The position numbers and the translations under genes were made by a program. Positions 1-8,181 of a stretch of 38,691 nucleotides of DNA are shown here, piece by piece. The notes below the pieces were generated by a model. The model was not told where the DNA came from, searched no databases, and worked only from the letters and a program-made list of their open reading frames with translations. The stretch comes from Patescibacteria group bacterium (lineage in GTDB: Bacteria; Patescibacteriota; Minisyncoccia; Phycocordibacterales; VMEP01), in contig JBBTQM010000025.1 in assembly GCA_038065675.1 (NCBI GenBank), forward strand, positions 1 through 38,691, read 5' to 3'. Positions within the stretch are counted from its first letter, which is position 1. Every line of letters starts with the position of its first letter.

Positions 1-150
1 CAGAATCCGGATTTTCCGGTTTTATTGATAAAATAATAGAGTTTTTTAAATAAGCTTATCCTGTTAGAAAATCACATCAAATGTGTTAAAAATAACAGAT
101 GATAAAACATTAAAAATATTAGAAAATTTATGCACTAATTTTCTAATAGG

Positions 151-221
151 GCGGGATTGGTTTAGTGGCAGAATGCGACCTTCCCAAGGTTGAGACACGA
201 GTTCGATTCTCGTATCCCGCA
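151..221 (+). tRNA. tRNA-Gly (anticodon CCC)
   Basis: 7-bp acceptor stem GCGGGAT/ATCCCGC. Anticodon stem CGACC/GGTTG with loop TTCCCAA. T-arm ACGAG-TTCGATT-CTCGT. Discriminator A; no encoded CCA. Confidence 0.8.
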
Positions 222-223
222 TC

Positions 224-255
224 AAATGAAATACCCACTAGTGGGTATTTCATTT
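224..255. repeat. Perfect 32-nt palindrome immediately 3' of tRNA-Gly (aaatgaaatacccactagtgggtatttcattt); possible processing or terminator hairpin
   Basis: Exact inverted repeat centred on ACTAGT, read directly from the sequence. Confidence 0.7.
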
Positions 256-357
256 GAATTGCTGGGAGAATACGTAGTATTCGAGAGAATCGAAAGACGG
301 AGGCGCCTGGCGCCGAGTCGGGGTTGCGCAAAAATCAAGTATGATTTTATGCGTGAC

Positions 358-379
358 CGATTCTCGTATCCCGCATCAG
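358..379 (+). repeat. Direct duplicate of the last ~21 nt of tRNA-Gly (cgattctcgtatcccgcatca); att-like scar
   Basis: Identical to positions 203-224, i.e. the tRNA-Gly 3' end plus flank, repeated 137 bp downstream. Confidence 0.65.
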
Positions 380-434
380 TTTGGCACGTGTGCACGTGTG
401 ATATACTGGCTTATTAATAAATAGAAAATAAGTT

Positions 435-668
435 ATGAAGCAAGTAACGATTTACACCACACCGACCTGCACATATTGCAAAATGGCCAAGGAATTTTTT
501 AAAGAGAAAAATATCCAATATCAGGAGTATGACGTAGTGAGTAATCTTGAGAAAAGGAAAGAAATGGTTGAAAAAAGCGGACAAATGGGCGTACCGGTTA
601 TATACGTAGGCGATGAGATGGTAGTCGGTTTTGACCGCGGAAAATTGCAAGAACTTTTGGGGGTGTAA
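435..668 (+). CDS. Glutaredoxin-like protein (NrdH/Grx family thiol-disulfide oxidoreductase)
   Basis: 77 aa with CTYC active-site motif near the N-terminus and a thioredoxin-fold pattern (VPVIYVGD..VGF). Followed by a rho-independent terminator. Confidence 0.8.
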   Translation: MKQVTIYTTPTCTYCKMAKEFFKEKNIQYQEYDVVSNLEKRKEMVEKSGQMGVPVIYVGDEMVVGFDRGKLQELLGV

Positions 669-683
669 TAATCTATTAACGTA

Positions 684-715
684 AAAAGCGCTTCCATTAG
701 GGGGCGCTTTTTGTT
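684..715 (+). terminator. Rho-independent terminator after the glutaredoxin gene
   Basis: aaaagcgc-loop-gcgctttt hairpin followed by a T-run. Confidence 0.65.
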
Positions 716-744
716 ATTGTTCGTTGTGAGTTACCGATTGTTTC

Positions 745-816
745 GCCCTTATAGTTCAACGGATAGAACAGCTCCGTCCTAAGGAGTAGATGTAGGTTCA
801 ATTCCTGCTAAGGGCA
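745..816 (+). tRNA. tRNA-Arg (anticodon CCT)
   Basis: Acceptor GCCCTTA/TAAGGGC. D-arm GTTC/GAAC. Anticodon stem GCTCC/GGAGT with loop GTCCTAA. T-arm GTAGG-TTCAATT-CCTGC. Confidence 0.75.
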
Positions 817-1055
817 TATAAGCGAAGTATAATGTTTCGTTAAAGAAAGTAACTGTTTTGCTTCAGAGGACATGAATTGTCCGCAGATTTTATCCAAAAA
901 ACACCCAATTTGACGACACTTGAATCATTTTTGCAATAGGTATACAATTGTAAATTAGGTTAAACAAGCACTCAAAAGGAGGCTTTGTTCTTAATAGATT
1001 CAGGGTGAACGCCTGATTTTATCAATCCCAAGACAAAGATAGGGGGAAGTATCCC

Positions 1056-1391
1056 ATGTGCAAAGTCCCGATTGTGTTCCTGGACGAAACAGGACACGAA
1101 ACAAGGCGCGGCGAGATTGAAGTTTGCGAATTTGCCGAGAAGGAGCATCGTCTGATCGGCAAGGAAGCAAGCGTAATCGTGCAGCGCAGCACTTTCATGA
1201 AAGACGCCTCTGACTGCATCAAGAATTTGATCGGAGGCGCGATGGACCGCTTTTTCGGGTTCAGGGTCAGAGCCATCGACCCGGGGCCCGAATATCCCGT
1301 CGTGCGCATCAATCCCTCGGGGGACCTCTGGTATTGGCTTCCCAAGGGGTTGTGTCAGCAGCTGACGCAGGCGTTACCGGCGGCGGTCTGA
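1056..1391 (+). CDS. Hypothetical protein; GC content clearly above the local average
   Basis: 111-aa ORF preceded by an AGGGGGA SD sequence and followed by a strong terminator. No recognisable motifs. Confidence 0.55.
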   Translation: MCKVPIVFLDETGHETRRGEIEVCEFAEKEHRLIGKEASVIVQRSTFMKDASDCIKNLIGGAMDRFFGFRVRAIDPGPEYPVVRINPSGDLWYWLPKGLCQQLTQALPAAV

Positions 1392-1415
1392 CTCGTTCCC
1401 ATTCCCCCAACCCAA

Positions 1416-1443
1416 GCCTCCGCTCCCACGCGGAGGCTTTTTC
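1416..1443 (+). terminator. Rho-independent terminator
   Basis: gcctccgc-tcccac-gcggaggc hairpin followed by ttttt. Confidence 0.7.
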
Positions 1444-1473
1444 ATTTGTCGTTTAGGGGATATAATTTACAGG

Positions 1474-1788
1474 ATGGATCCGGAAACAAAAAAAGTTCTT
1501 GAAGAAAATTTGCGCCTTTCGCAAGATACAAACGAAATAGTGCACAAGGTATGGGGGGCGCAAAGATGGGCGAGAGTTTTTCGCATTCTTTACTGGGTTT
1601 TTATCGCCGCCGCCGTTACCGGAGTTTTTTATTACATTCAGCCTTACATTCAGCCTTACATTCAAAGCATCCTTGGGGCATACAGCGGAGCCGCTTCCGG
1701 CATACAGGACATTCAAGATCGCGCGCAGGCGCTTCCCGATGCCAAAACAATCTCTAATTTTATCAATAATATAATAGGGTCGCAGTAA
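1474..1788 (+). CDS. Hypothetical small membrane protein with QPYIQPYIQ repeat
   Basis: 104-aa ORF with one predicted TM helix (ILYWVFIAAAVTGVFYYI). No homology recognised. Confidence 0.45.
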   Translation: MDPETKKVLEENLRLSQDTNEIVHKVWGAQRWARVFRILYWVFIAAAVTGVFYYIQPYIQPYIQSILGAYSGAASGIQDIQDRAQALPDAKTISNFINNIIGSQ

Positions 1789-1845
1789 TCTTGCGGCAAC
1801 ACGCAGATTGCGGTAGAGTTCTATTGTTAATTATTTTTTATTTGT

Positions 1846-1921
1846 TTGGATAGCTGTTTTGGTAGATAACATTGGTATGACGCTTGGATAGCTGTTTTGG
1901 TAGATAACATTGGTATGACGC
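1846..1921 (+). repeat. Two tandem 38-bp units that are diverged copies of the tRNA-Phe 5' end (gcttggatagctgttttggtagataacattggtatgac)
   Basis: Units at 1846-1883 and 1884-1921 are identical to each other. The first ~12 nt and the ggtaga block match the tRNA-Phe 5' half (gcttggatagctcagttggtagagca). Confidence 0.7.
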
Positions 1922-1995
1922 TTGGATAGCTCAGTTGGTAGAGCATCGCCCTGAAGAGGCGGGGGTCCCCGGTTCGAGCCCGGGTCCAAGCACCA
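1920..1995 (+). tRNA. tRNA-Phe (anticodon GAA), CCA encoded
   Basis: Acceptor GCTTGGA/TCCAAGC. D-arm GCTC/GAGC. Anticodon stem TCGCC/GGCGG with loop CTGAAGA. T-arm CCCGG-TTCGAGC-CCGGG. ACCA tail. Confidence 0.8.
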
Positions 1996-2016
1996 TAAAA
2001 CCAGTTGATAGTAAGC

Positions 2017-2050
2017 CTGCCTGCCGGAGCTTCGGCGCAGGCAGGTAGTT
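2017..2050 (+). other. GC-rich hairpin (cctgcctgc...gcaggcagg) downstream of tRNA-Phe
   Basis: 9-bp perfect stem around a cggagcttcggc loop. Related CCTGCC/GGCAGG hairpins recur at 11658-11708, 14240-14286 and 19541-19575. Confidence 0.5.
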
Positions 2051-2066
2051 TGTAGAAAAACAAAAG

Positions 2067-2096
2067 AAAATCCCCGCAGAAGCGGGGATTTTCTTA
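2067..2096. terminator. Bidirectional rho-independent terminator (aaaatccccgc-agaa-gcggggatttt)
   Basis: Perfect hairpin flanked by A-run and T-run. Lies at the 3' end of the minus-strand hsp20 gene. Confidence 0.7.
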
Positions 2097-2570
2097 CATA
2101 GACCTTACTTTGAGTTTCGCTTGTCTACTCCTGTCTGTTTTTGGAAGCCTTATTGTTAAAAGCCCGTGTTTTTCCGATGCCTCAGCGGTTTCTATATCAA
2201 CTTCATTCGGTAAAAGTATCGTTCTTGAAAATGCTCCCCAAAATAATTCTTTATGGAAATAATTATCGGTTGAAACGGTATTTATTTCCTGCCTTTTGCC
2301 GCGGATTGTAACCATGTCGCGCGTTATTGATACATTAAGATTGTCCGGCCGTACCCCGGCAATCATCGCTTCTATGATTATTTCGCTCGGTGTCTGGTAA
2401 ACATCAACGGCAAGCTGTCCTTCCTCTTCGGCTTCTTCATCCCATTCTCCTTTCCCGCCATTTTTTCCGTTCCCATCCATTTTTATCGGCAAATCCCGGC
2501 TTTCTTCGTCCTCTTCCCGGGGCAATATATTACCGGCAAGGCGGTCAAAGAATGATAATTTTTTTGGCAT
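2094..2570 (-). CDS. Hsp20/alpha-crystallin family small heat-shock protein
   Basis: 158 aa. Alpha-crystallin-domain pattern (AVDVYQT..IIIEAMIAGV..ITRDMVTIRGKR....FSRTILLPNEVD...HGLLTIRLPK). Confidence 0.8.
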   Translation of the reverse strand: MPKKLSFFDRLAGNILPREEDEESRDLPIKMDGNGKNGGKGEWDEEAEEEGQLAVDVYQTPSEIIIEAMIAGVRPDNLNVSITRDMVTIRGKRQEINTVSTDNYFHKELFWGAFSRTILLPNEVDIETAEASEKHGLLTIRLPKTDRSRQAKLKVRSM

Positions 2571-2576
2571 GTAAGT

Positions 2577-3269
2577 TTAATATGCTGAACTCATCCTTTT
2601 AATTTTTTCGAAAATAAGGAGAAAAATAACCGCGACTACCCAGACGAAACCGAAGACGGTAAAAATATCGATATCTGTTCCCTTTATTATAAAAAAATTA
2701 AAGAGCGTATGCAAGAGAATGGCTGTCGCTATGCCGGCGAAAAGATATAGCTTGCGCGAAAACCATCCGCGATAAAAAGAAATCGCCATAGCTATACCGA
2801 TTGAAGAACTGGCGATGACGTGAAGAAGCGATGCCCCGATGAAGCGCATGTTTTGCGTGGCGAGCATGTCGGCAAGACCGCTTTTTTGGGCGGTGTTCAT
2901 GAGAAAAAGCGCGTTTTCCAGGCCGGCAAAGCCCAGAGCAACGGTAATCATGTAAATGACGTAATCAATAGGTTCATCAAGAAATTTTGTTTTGAGGGCG
3001 ATTAGCAAGGCGGCGCCGAATTTAACAAGCTCCTCGATTGCCGCCCACGCGATAATTACCGGAACTCCGGCCGGGAGATTCGCCAAAGCCAGTTTTTCAA
3101 GAGGGAAAACCAAGGCAACACCGGCCATTCCGGCAAGGAAAGATAAAATTATAAGCCCGCGCGGTTCAGGATGGGCGCGGTCTTCTTTGAGCCAAAACCA
3201 AAGCCAGAGAATGGAGGGAATAATTCCTCCGGCTAGGGCTATGGATATTGTTTGGGTGTTGGCTTCCAC
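2577..3269 (-). CDS. PrsW/CPBP-like intramembrane protease family protein
   Basis: 230 aa with multiple TM helices. Motifs EELVK (EExxK) and HTLFN (HxxxN) are typical of the PrsW/CAAX-protease superfamily. Confidence 0.55.
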   Translation of the reverse strand: MEANTQTISIALAGGIIPSILWLWFWLKEDRAHPEPRGLIILSFLAGMAGVALVFPLEKLALANLPAGVPVIIAWAAIEELVKFGAALLIALKTKFLDEPIDYVIYMITVALGFAGLENALFLMNTAQKSGLADMLATQNMRFIGASLLHVIASSSIGIAMAISFYRGWFSRKLYLFAGIATAILLHTLFNFFIIKGTDIDIFTVFGFVWVVAVIFLLIFEKIKRMSSAY

Positions 3270-3271
3270 TT

Positions 3272-5440
3272 TTATTTAACTGGCCACTCTTCTATTATAA
3301 GCGGTGTTTTTTCGCGCGGCAGGCGCCTCCAGATTGCTTCCGTAACGAAGGGGATAAAAGGATGAAGCGACTTGAGATCAAGCGTAAGCATTTCGTAAAG
3401 AAGCGCCAGCCGCGAAGAGCGCACCGATTCCGCAAACTCTTTTAATATCGGCTTTGATTCTTCTATTATTTTGTCCGCGAAAGTGTGCCAAAGATGGTGA
3501 TAAAGTTTTTCTCCGGCGAGATAGAATTTGAAATCTTCAATATCTTTCGTCACGCCCTTCAATAATTTAAGGAATGAGTTTTTTATTTTCGCGTCTTTGG
3601 CGTTTAATTTGATTTTTTTTGAGCGCGGCATGTTCTCCGTATTTTCAAGGACGAATCTCGCGACGTTCCAAATTTTATTCGCAAAGTGCTTGTACCCGCG
3701 TATTTTATCCTCGGAGAGTTTTGAATCATTCCCCGGCGCGGTGCCGATTATGAGAGAAAGGCGCGTGGCATCGGCGCCGTATTTTTCCGCCATATCCACC
3801 GGGTCTATTATGTTGCCGAGGGATTTTGACATTTTTCTCCCTTGCGCGTCGCGGACGAGTCCGTGAAGATAAACGTTCTTGAACGGCACAACTCCCAAAA
3901 GATAAGTACTCATGAGTATCATGCGCGCAACCCAGAAGAAAAGTATGTCGTAGCCGGTTTCAAGCACGTCGGTCGGGTGATATGTTTTCAAGTCGGCTGT
4001 TTTTTCCGGCCAGCCGAGCGTGGAGAAAGTCCAGAGGCCTGAAGAGAACCATGTGTCCAGCGTGTCGGGGTCTTGTTCCCATCCGTCGCCTGTCGGTTTT
4101 TCGCCGACTTTCGTTTCTTTTCCCATATACCAAACCGGCACACGATGTCCGAACCAAATCTGCCGCGATATGCACCAGTCGCGCAGTTCGTTTATCCAGT
4201 GGAAATATATTTTTTCAAAGCGTTTCGGGACGATTTTTATGGCTCCGCTTTTTACGGCGTGCGACATCAATTTTTTCAAAGTAACCGGCGCGCCTTTTTT
4301 AATTCCCTTAAGGCCGGAGTGGGGGAATTTGAATTCTTTATTTACATTGACGAACCATTGGAGCATTATTTGCGGCTCAATGGCTCCGCCGCCGCGGCTA
4401 TTTATTGCAACGCTATGCGAATAATTTTCATCGATTTTTTCAATAAGCCCTTTTGAGCGGAGTTTTTCCACGATAAGAGGGCGCGCTTTTTTTATGTGCG
4501 TGCCGGCGAATTCTTGGGCTACGGGCAGGAGTTTCCCTTTCAAATCTATGATTTGCTCTTTGTCCAAATTATGCCTTTCGGCGATTTCAAAGTCGGCGGA
4601 ATCGTGCCACGGGGTTATGGTCATAACTCCCGTTCCGAAGTCCATGTCAATCGCGGAGTCTTTTATAATCGTTGCCGTAATTTTTCCGTTTATCCATTCA
4701 ACTTCTATTTTTTCTCCGTGATTCCACTTGGCGTATCGCTTGTCTTTCGGGTGCATGACGACATATTTGTCGCCGAACTTCGTTTCCGGACGCGCCGTGC
4801 CGATGGTGAACGGCCCGTATTTCAGGTAGTAGAACGGCGCTTTTTCTTCGCGGCGCTCTATTTCTATGTCGGAAACGTTTGTTTGAAGTTTCGGGTCCCA
4901 GTTGACGATGCGCGCGCCGCGGTAAATGAGCCCGTCTTCGTACATGCGCGCGAAGGCGGTTCTGACGGCCAGATTGCGCTTTTCATCAAGAGTGTACGCT
5001 TCGCGGCTCCAATCAACCGATGAACCCATGCGCTTTATTTGCCCGACAATTGTGTCGTGGCTTTCTTTGGCGAATTTCTCGACTTGTTTCAAAAATTCTT
5101 CGCGTCCCAAATCGTGGCGGGTTTTGTTTTCTTTTTTGTAAAGAATTTCTTCAACTTTCGTCTGCGTGGCAATGGCGGCGTGGTCCGTGCCGGGGAGCCA
5201 CAGAGTTTTAAATCCACGCATGCGTTTGAATCGTATGAGGATGTCTTCAATCGCAAGCATGGCGGCATGCCCCATGTGAAGCGTTCCGGTAACGTTCGGA
5301 GGCGGGAGAATTATGGAAAACGGTTTTTTATGCCGCGCCGGAAGATTGTCGGGATTTAGAAAACCGGATTTTTCCCAGTATGAGTATATTGATTCCTCCT
5401 CGGCTTTCGGGTCGTAGGGTTTCAGAAATTTATCGTCCAT
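3272..5440 (-). CDS. valS: Valine--tRNA ligase (short form, 722 aa)
   Basis: Class I aaRS. PPPNVTGTLHMGHA (HIGH) and KMSKSLGN (KMSKS) motifs. Editing-domain pattern GTARPETKFGD. No C-terminal coiled-coil extension. Confidence 0.85.
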   Translation of the reverse strand: MDDKFLKPYDPKAEEESIYSYWEKSGFLNPDNLPARHKKPFSIILPPPNVTGTLHMGHAAMLAIEDILIRFKRMRGFKTLWLPGTDHAAIATQTKVEEILYKKENKTRHDLGREEFLKQVEKFAKESHDTIVGQIKRMGSSVDWSREAYTLDEKRNLAVRTAFARMYEDGLIYRGARIVNWDPKLQTNVSDIEIERREEKAPFYYLKYGPFTIGTARPETKFGDKYVVMHPKDKRYAKWNHGEKIEVEWINGKITATIIKDSAIDMDFGTGVMTITPWHDSADFEIAERHNLDKEQIIDLKGKLLPVAQEFAGTHIKKARPLIVEKLRSKGLIEKIDENYSHSVAINSRGGGAIEPQIMLQWFVNVNKEFKFPHSGLKGIKKGAPVTLKKLMSHAVKSGAIKIVPKRFEKIYFHWINELRDWCISRQIWFGHRVPVWYMGKETKVGEKPTGDGWEQDPDTLDTWFSSGLWTFSTLGWPEKTADLKTYHPTDVLETGYDILFFWVARMILMSTYLLGVVPFKNVYLHGLVRDAQGRKMSKSLGNIIDPVDMAEKYGADATRLSLIIGTAPGNDSKLSEDKIRGYKHFANKIWNVARFVLENTENMPRSKKIKLNAKDAKIKNSFLKLLKGVTKDIEDFKFYLAGEKLYHHLWHTFADKIIEESKPILKEFAESVRSSRLALLYEMLTLDLKSLHPFIPFVTEAIWRRLPREKTPLIIEEWPVK

Positions 5441-5616
5441 CCTGTTAGAAGTTTAATGCTAAAAACGTGTTAAATAAAACGGAGCCGTCAGACGAGTTCG
5501 CTCATGCATCTTTACAAGTATCGTACTTTTGTTTGGCGAACTTCTAACAGTATCCACAGTACCGAAATAATACCAAAAATAGGCGCTTTTTTCCACGCGG
5601 AGGCCGAGGAAGCGGC

Positions 5617-6786
5617 CTAAAACGAAAGATTTCCCAAAGCACGCATTTCCGGGAGTTTCGTCTTAGACAACGGTTTCTTGAAATATGCCGCGGCGGCTAT
5701 CATGATGGCGTTGTCGGTGGTTAAACTTTTATTTGGCAAAAGGACGGACGTTTTAGGGAGATTTTTATTTACCGCGAGAGTGATTTCCCGGCGCAGTTTT
5801 TCATTTGCCGAAACTCCTCCTCCTATGACGATTGTTTTTGCTTTGTGAATTTTAGCCGCGCCTATAGTTTTTGAAATAAGCACTTCTATGGCGGCGTTTT
5901 CAAACTCTAAGGCGATATCGGCCTTTTTTTGCGCGGATAATTTACCAAGTTTTTTAATCATATAGAGAACAGCCGTTTTAAGTCCTGAGAATGAAAAATC
6001 AAAATCTTTAGAGCCAATCATGGGACGCGGAAGTTTGATTTCATCGTTAAGGCGGCCTTTTAAAGCCACTCGCGAGATTTCCGGTCCGCCCGGATAAGGC
6101 AGGCCAAGCATCCGCGCCACTTTATCAAACGCTTCTCCGGCGGCATCGTCGCGCGTGGCGCCGATAAGTTTGTAATTTTGCCATTTTTTAGAAAGCACGA
6201 GTTCCGTGTGTCCGCCGGAAACGAGCAGAGCCAACATTGGAAATTTAAAATTTAAAATTAAAAATTTTCTTTCGCCTTTTTTCTCCAAAAGAGACGAAAG
6301 AACGTGCCCCTCCATGTGGTTTACGGGAACCACCGGAATATTCCACGCTTCCGAAAGCGCACGGGCGAAATTAATACCTACCCATAGCGCGGGTTCCAGC
6401 CCGGGGCCTGATGTTACGGCAATTTTATCCAGTTTTGGTTTTTCTATTTTTGAGAGGAGGGGGATGAGTGTTCCGTACAAATCCGTTTCTCTTTCCAATA
6501 TCTTTTTTAATTTTTCTTTAAGTTGTTGGTTGTGGGTTGTAAGTCGTTTGTTTGTATGGTGCATTTCCGCCTCTTTCAGAGTTTGGATAAGTAGGGGAGT
6601 GAGCGCCTTTGCGTGCTCGCGCTTGGCAACCATCGGGAATACTCCGCCGTAATGGGCGTGAATTTTGGTCTGCGAGAGGAGAGTATTGCCGAGGACGGAA
6701 AAAGAAACGGAGCCGCCTTTTTCCCGGGCATCAATAATGCTTACCGCCGTTTCGTCGCAGCTTGTTTCAATAGCCAGTATTTTCAT
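5617..6786 (-). CDS. tsaD: tRNA N6-adenosine threonylcarbamoyltransferase TsaD (Kae1/Gcp family), with C-terminal extension
   Basis: N-terminus MKILAIETSCDETAVS. Glycoprotease-family motifs (VSGGH, GVFPMVA). Confidence 0.85.
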   Translation of the reverse strand: MKILAIETSCDETAVSIIDAREKGGSVSFSVLGNTLLSQTKIHAHYGGVFPMVAKREHAKALTPLLIQTLKEAEMHHTNKRLTTHNQQLKEKLKKILERETDLYGTLIPLLSKIEKPKLDKIAVTSGPGLEPALWVGINFARALSEAWNIPVVPVNHMEGHVLSSLLEKKGERKFLILNFKFPMLALLVSGGHTELVLSKKWQNYKLIGATRDDAAGEAFDKVARMLGLPYPGGPEISRVALKGRLNDEIKLPRPMIGSKDFDFSFSGLKTAVLYMIKKLGKLSAQKKADIALEFENAAIEVLISKTIGAAKIHKAKTIVIGGGVSANEKLRREITLAVNKNLPKTSVLLPNKSLTTDNAIMIAAAAYFKKPLSKTKLPEMRALGNLSF

Positions 6787-6790
6787 GAAA

Positions 6791-6867
6791 TGGTGCGCGC
6801 GCCCTGATTTGAACAGGGGACCTCGTCGATGTCAACGACGCGCTCTAACCATCTGAGCTACGCGCGC
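6791..6867 (-). tRNA. tRNA-Val (anticodon GAC), CCA encoded
   Basis: Reverse complement GCGCGCGTAGCTCAGATGGTTAGAGCGCGTCGTTGACATCGACGAGGTCCCCTGTTCAAATCAGGGCGCGCGCACCA is a canonical cloverleaf. Confidence 0.85.
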
Positions 6868-6872
6868 ATAAT

Positions 6873-7559
6873 TTATTTCGTATTTAAGATACTAGCGCAA
6901 TATAATTTACTTATCCAGACCAACTCTCTTTGTATTGCAACATTACCGCATCGTACTTGGCAAACACCCTTGTAAGAAGGGTAGGTTCTCCCAATTGCCC
7001 GTTTGTCATAAAAAACGTGCATAAACGTAGACAAAGGTAAATTTAATTCTTTTGACCAATAAGCCTTTGTTTTTTCAGCATTTTGGTCCATACGCAAACT
7101 AAGCTGACAGCGAAAATTATTACTCTTAAGCCCGTAGAGTTTACGGAGAGCCTTAATAAAAAAGCGGAGGATAAGAGGGTCGGAACTGCCAAGCCCTGTT
7201 TCCTCTATGCTTTTAAACCCTTCACCCATGTATAAAATTGCAAGCGCAAGCTTCATTACATTGTTTGTTTTTCTAATATGCGATACCAAAATTTTAGCAT
7301 TATGTTTGGCTAAGTTTAACCGCTTTTGTTTTTGTTCATTGTGCCAGATTACAGCTTTTGCTCTGGCTTTTTGCAAAGAAATTATTTTCTTTCTTTTTAT
7401 TTTTGAAAGAGCTTTCGGGGTTAATTCTAAACCGTTTAACCAGTAATCTAGCGTTGACCTTCGAATTCCCAGTTTCTTTTCAATGTAGTTATAGGTTAGC
7501 CCTCTTTTACGTAACCGTATCGCCCGTTGTTTAATAACAACTTTGTCTGATAAATTCAT
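6873..7559 (-). CDS. HTH-domain protein with a single LAGLIDADG-like motif (putative homing-endonuclease-like protein); AT-rich
   Basis: 228 aa. N-terminal HTH-like segment (LTYNYIEKKLGIRRSTLDYWL). Central KLALAILYMGEGFK resembles the LAGLIDADG motif. Lower GC than neighbours and adjacent to tRNA-Val. Confidence 0.4.
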   Translation of the reverse strand: MNLSDKVVIKQRAIRLRKRGLTYNYIEKKLGIRRSTLDYWLNGLELTPKALSKIKRKKIISLQKARAKAVIWHNEQKQKRLNLAKHNAKILVSHIRKTNNVMKLALAILYMGEGFKSIEETGLGSSDPLILRFFIKALRKLYGLKSNNFRCQLSLRMDQNAEKTKAYWSKELNLPLSTFMHVFYDKRAIGRTYPSYKGVCQVRCGNVAIQRELVWISKLYCASILNTK

Positions 7560-7620
7560 TTATACATTATATCACCCAGTAGTACTAAAAGCCAAAGAGC
7601 GCAAGAGCGGTTTCAATGCG

Positions 7621-8181
7621 TTACTTTTCAAATTTTCCTATTACCCACTCAAACTCGGTTTGCCAGTCCCTAGTCGGCGGACATGACCAACCGGGGCTTC
7701 CGGGGTAAGTTCCGTTCGACGTTTCCATGCCGCGTACGCCGAGAACATAATAATTTCCGCGGGTGGTGGGACAACCGGAATTTCCGGCGGGGTAGAGATA
7801 GTACGCGTAGCCGCCGCAACCGCCGGTTGCTATCGGGTCGCTTGGGGTCCTTTGCATGAAATTAGCCGCCTCTATCGGCTGCATGAATAAATCGGAGCTT
7901 CCCGGCCCGCCGTTTCGCCCGCCGTCCCATCCTCCGCATATATCATCGCCGTCGGTATTGCTCGGATACTGGCCGTTTTTATCGTAGTAAAACTCGAGAG
8001 CTATTTGAAGCTGCTTCATGTCGGACAGGCGCTGTGCGTCCCTTGCTTTTTTCTTGGCCGTGTTTAAGCTCGCCAGAACAATACTTGAAATGAGGCTAGT
8101 TATGGCTATTACCACAAGAAGCTCTATTAAAGTAAATCCTCCATTTTTTGCCGTGCTATCCTTTTTGAGCTTATTGGGCAT
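7621..8181 (-). CDS. Type IV pilin / pseudopilin with prepilin N-terminal methylation motif
   Basis: N-terminus KNGGFTLIELLVVIAITSLI is a class III signal peptide (G|FTLIE). 186 aa. Confidence 0.85.
   Translation of the reverse strand: MPNKLKKDSTAKNGGFTLIELLVVIAITSLISSIVLASLNTAKKKARDAQRLSDMKQLQIALEFYYDKNGQYPSNTDGDDICGGWDGGRNGGPGSSDLFMQPIEAANFMQRTPSDPIATGGCGGYAYYLYPAGNSGCPTTRGNYYVLGVRGMETSNGTYPGSPGWSCPPTRDWQTEFEWVIGKFEK

Noticed and set aside
1827-2063. 78-aa minus-strand ORF
   Set aside because: Overlaps tRNA-Phe and its tandem 5'-end repeats.
3528-5359. Multiple 60-175-aa plus-strand ORFs inside the valS locus
   Set aside because: All lie antisense to, or in alternative frames of, the 722-aa ValRS gene, which has HIGH and KMSKS motifs.
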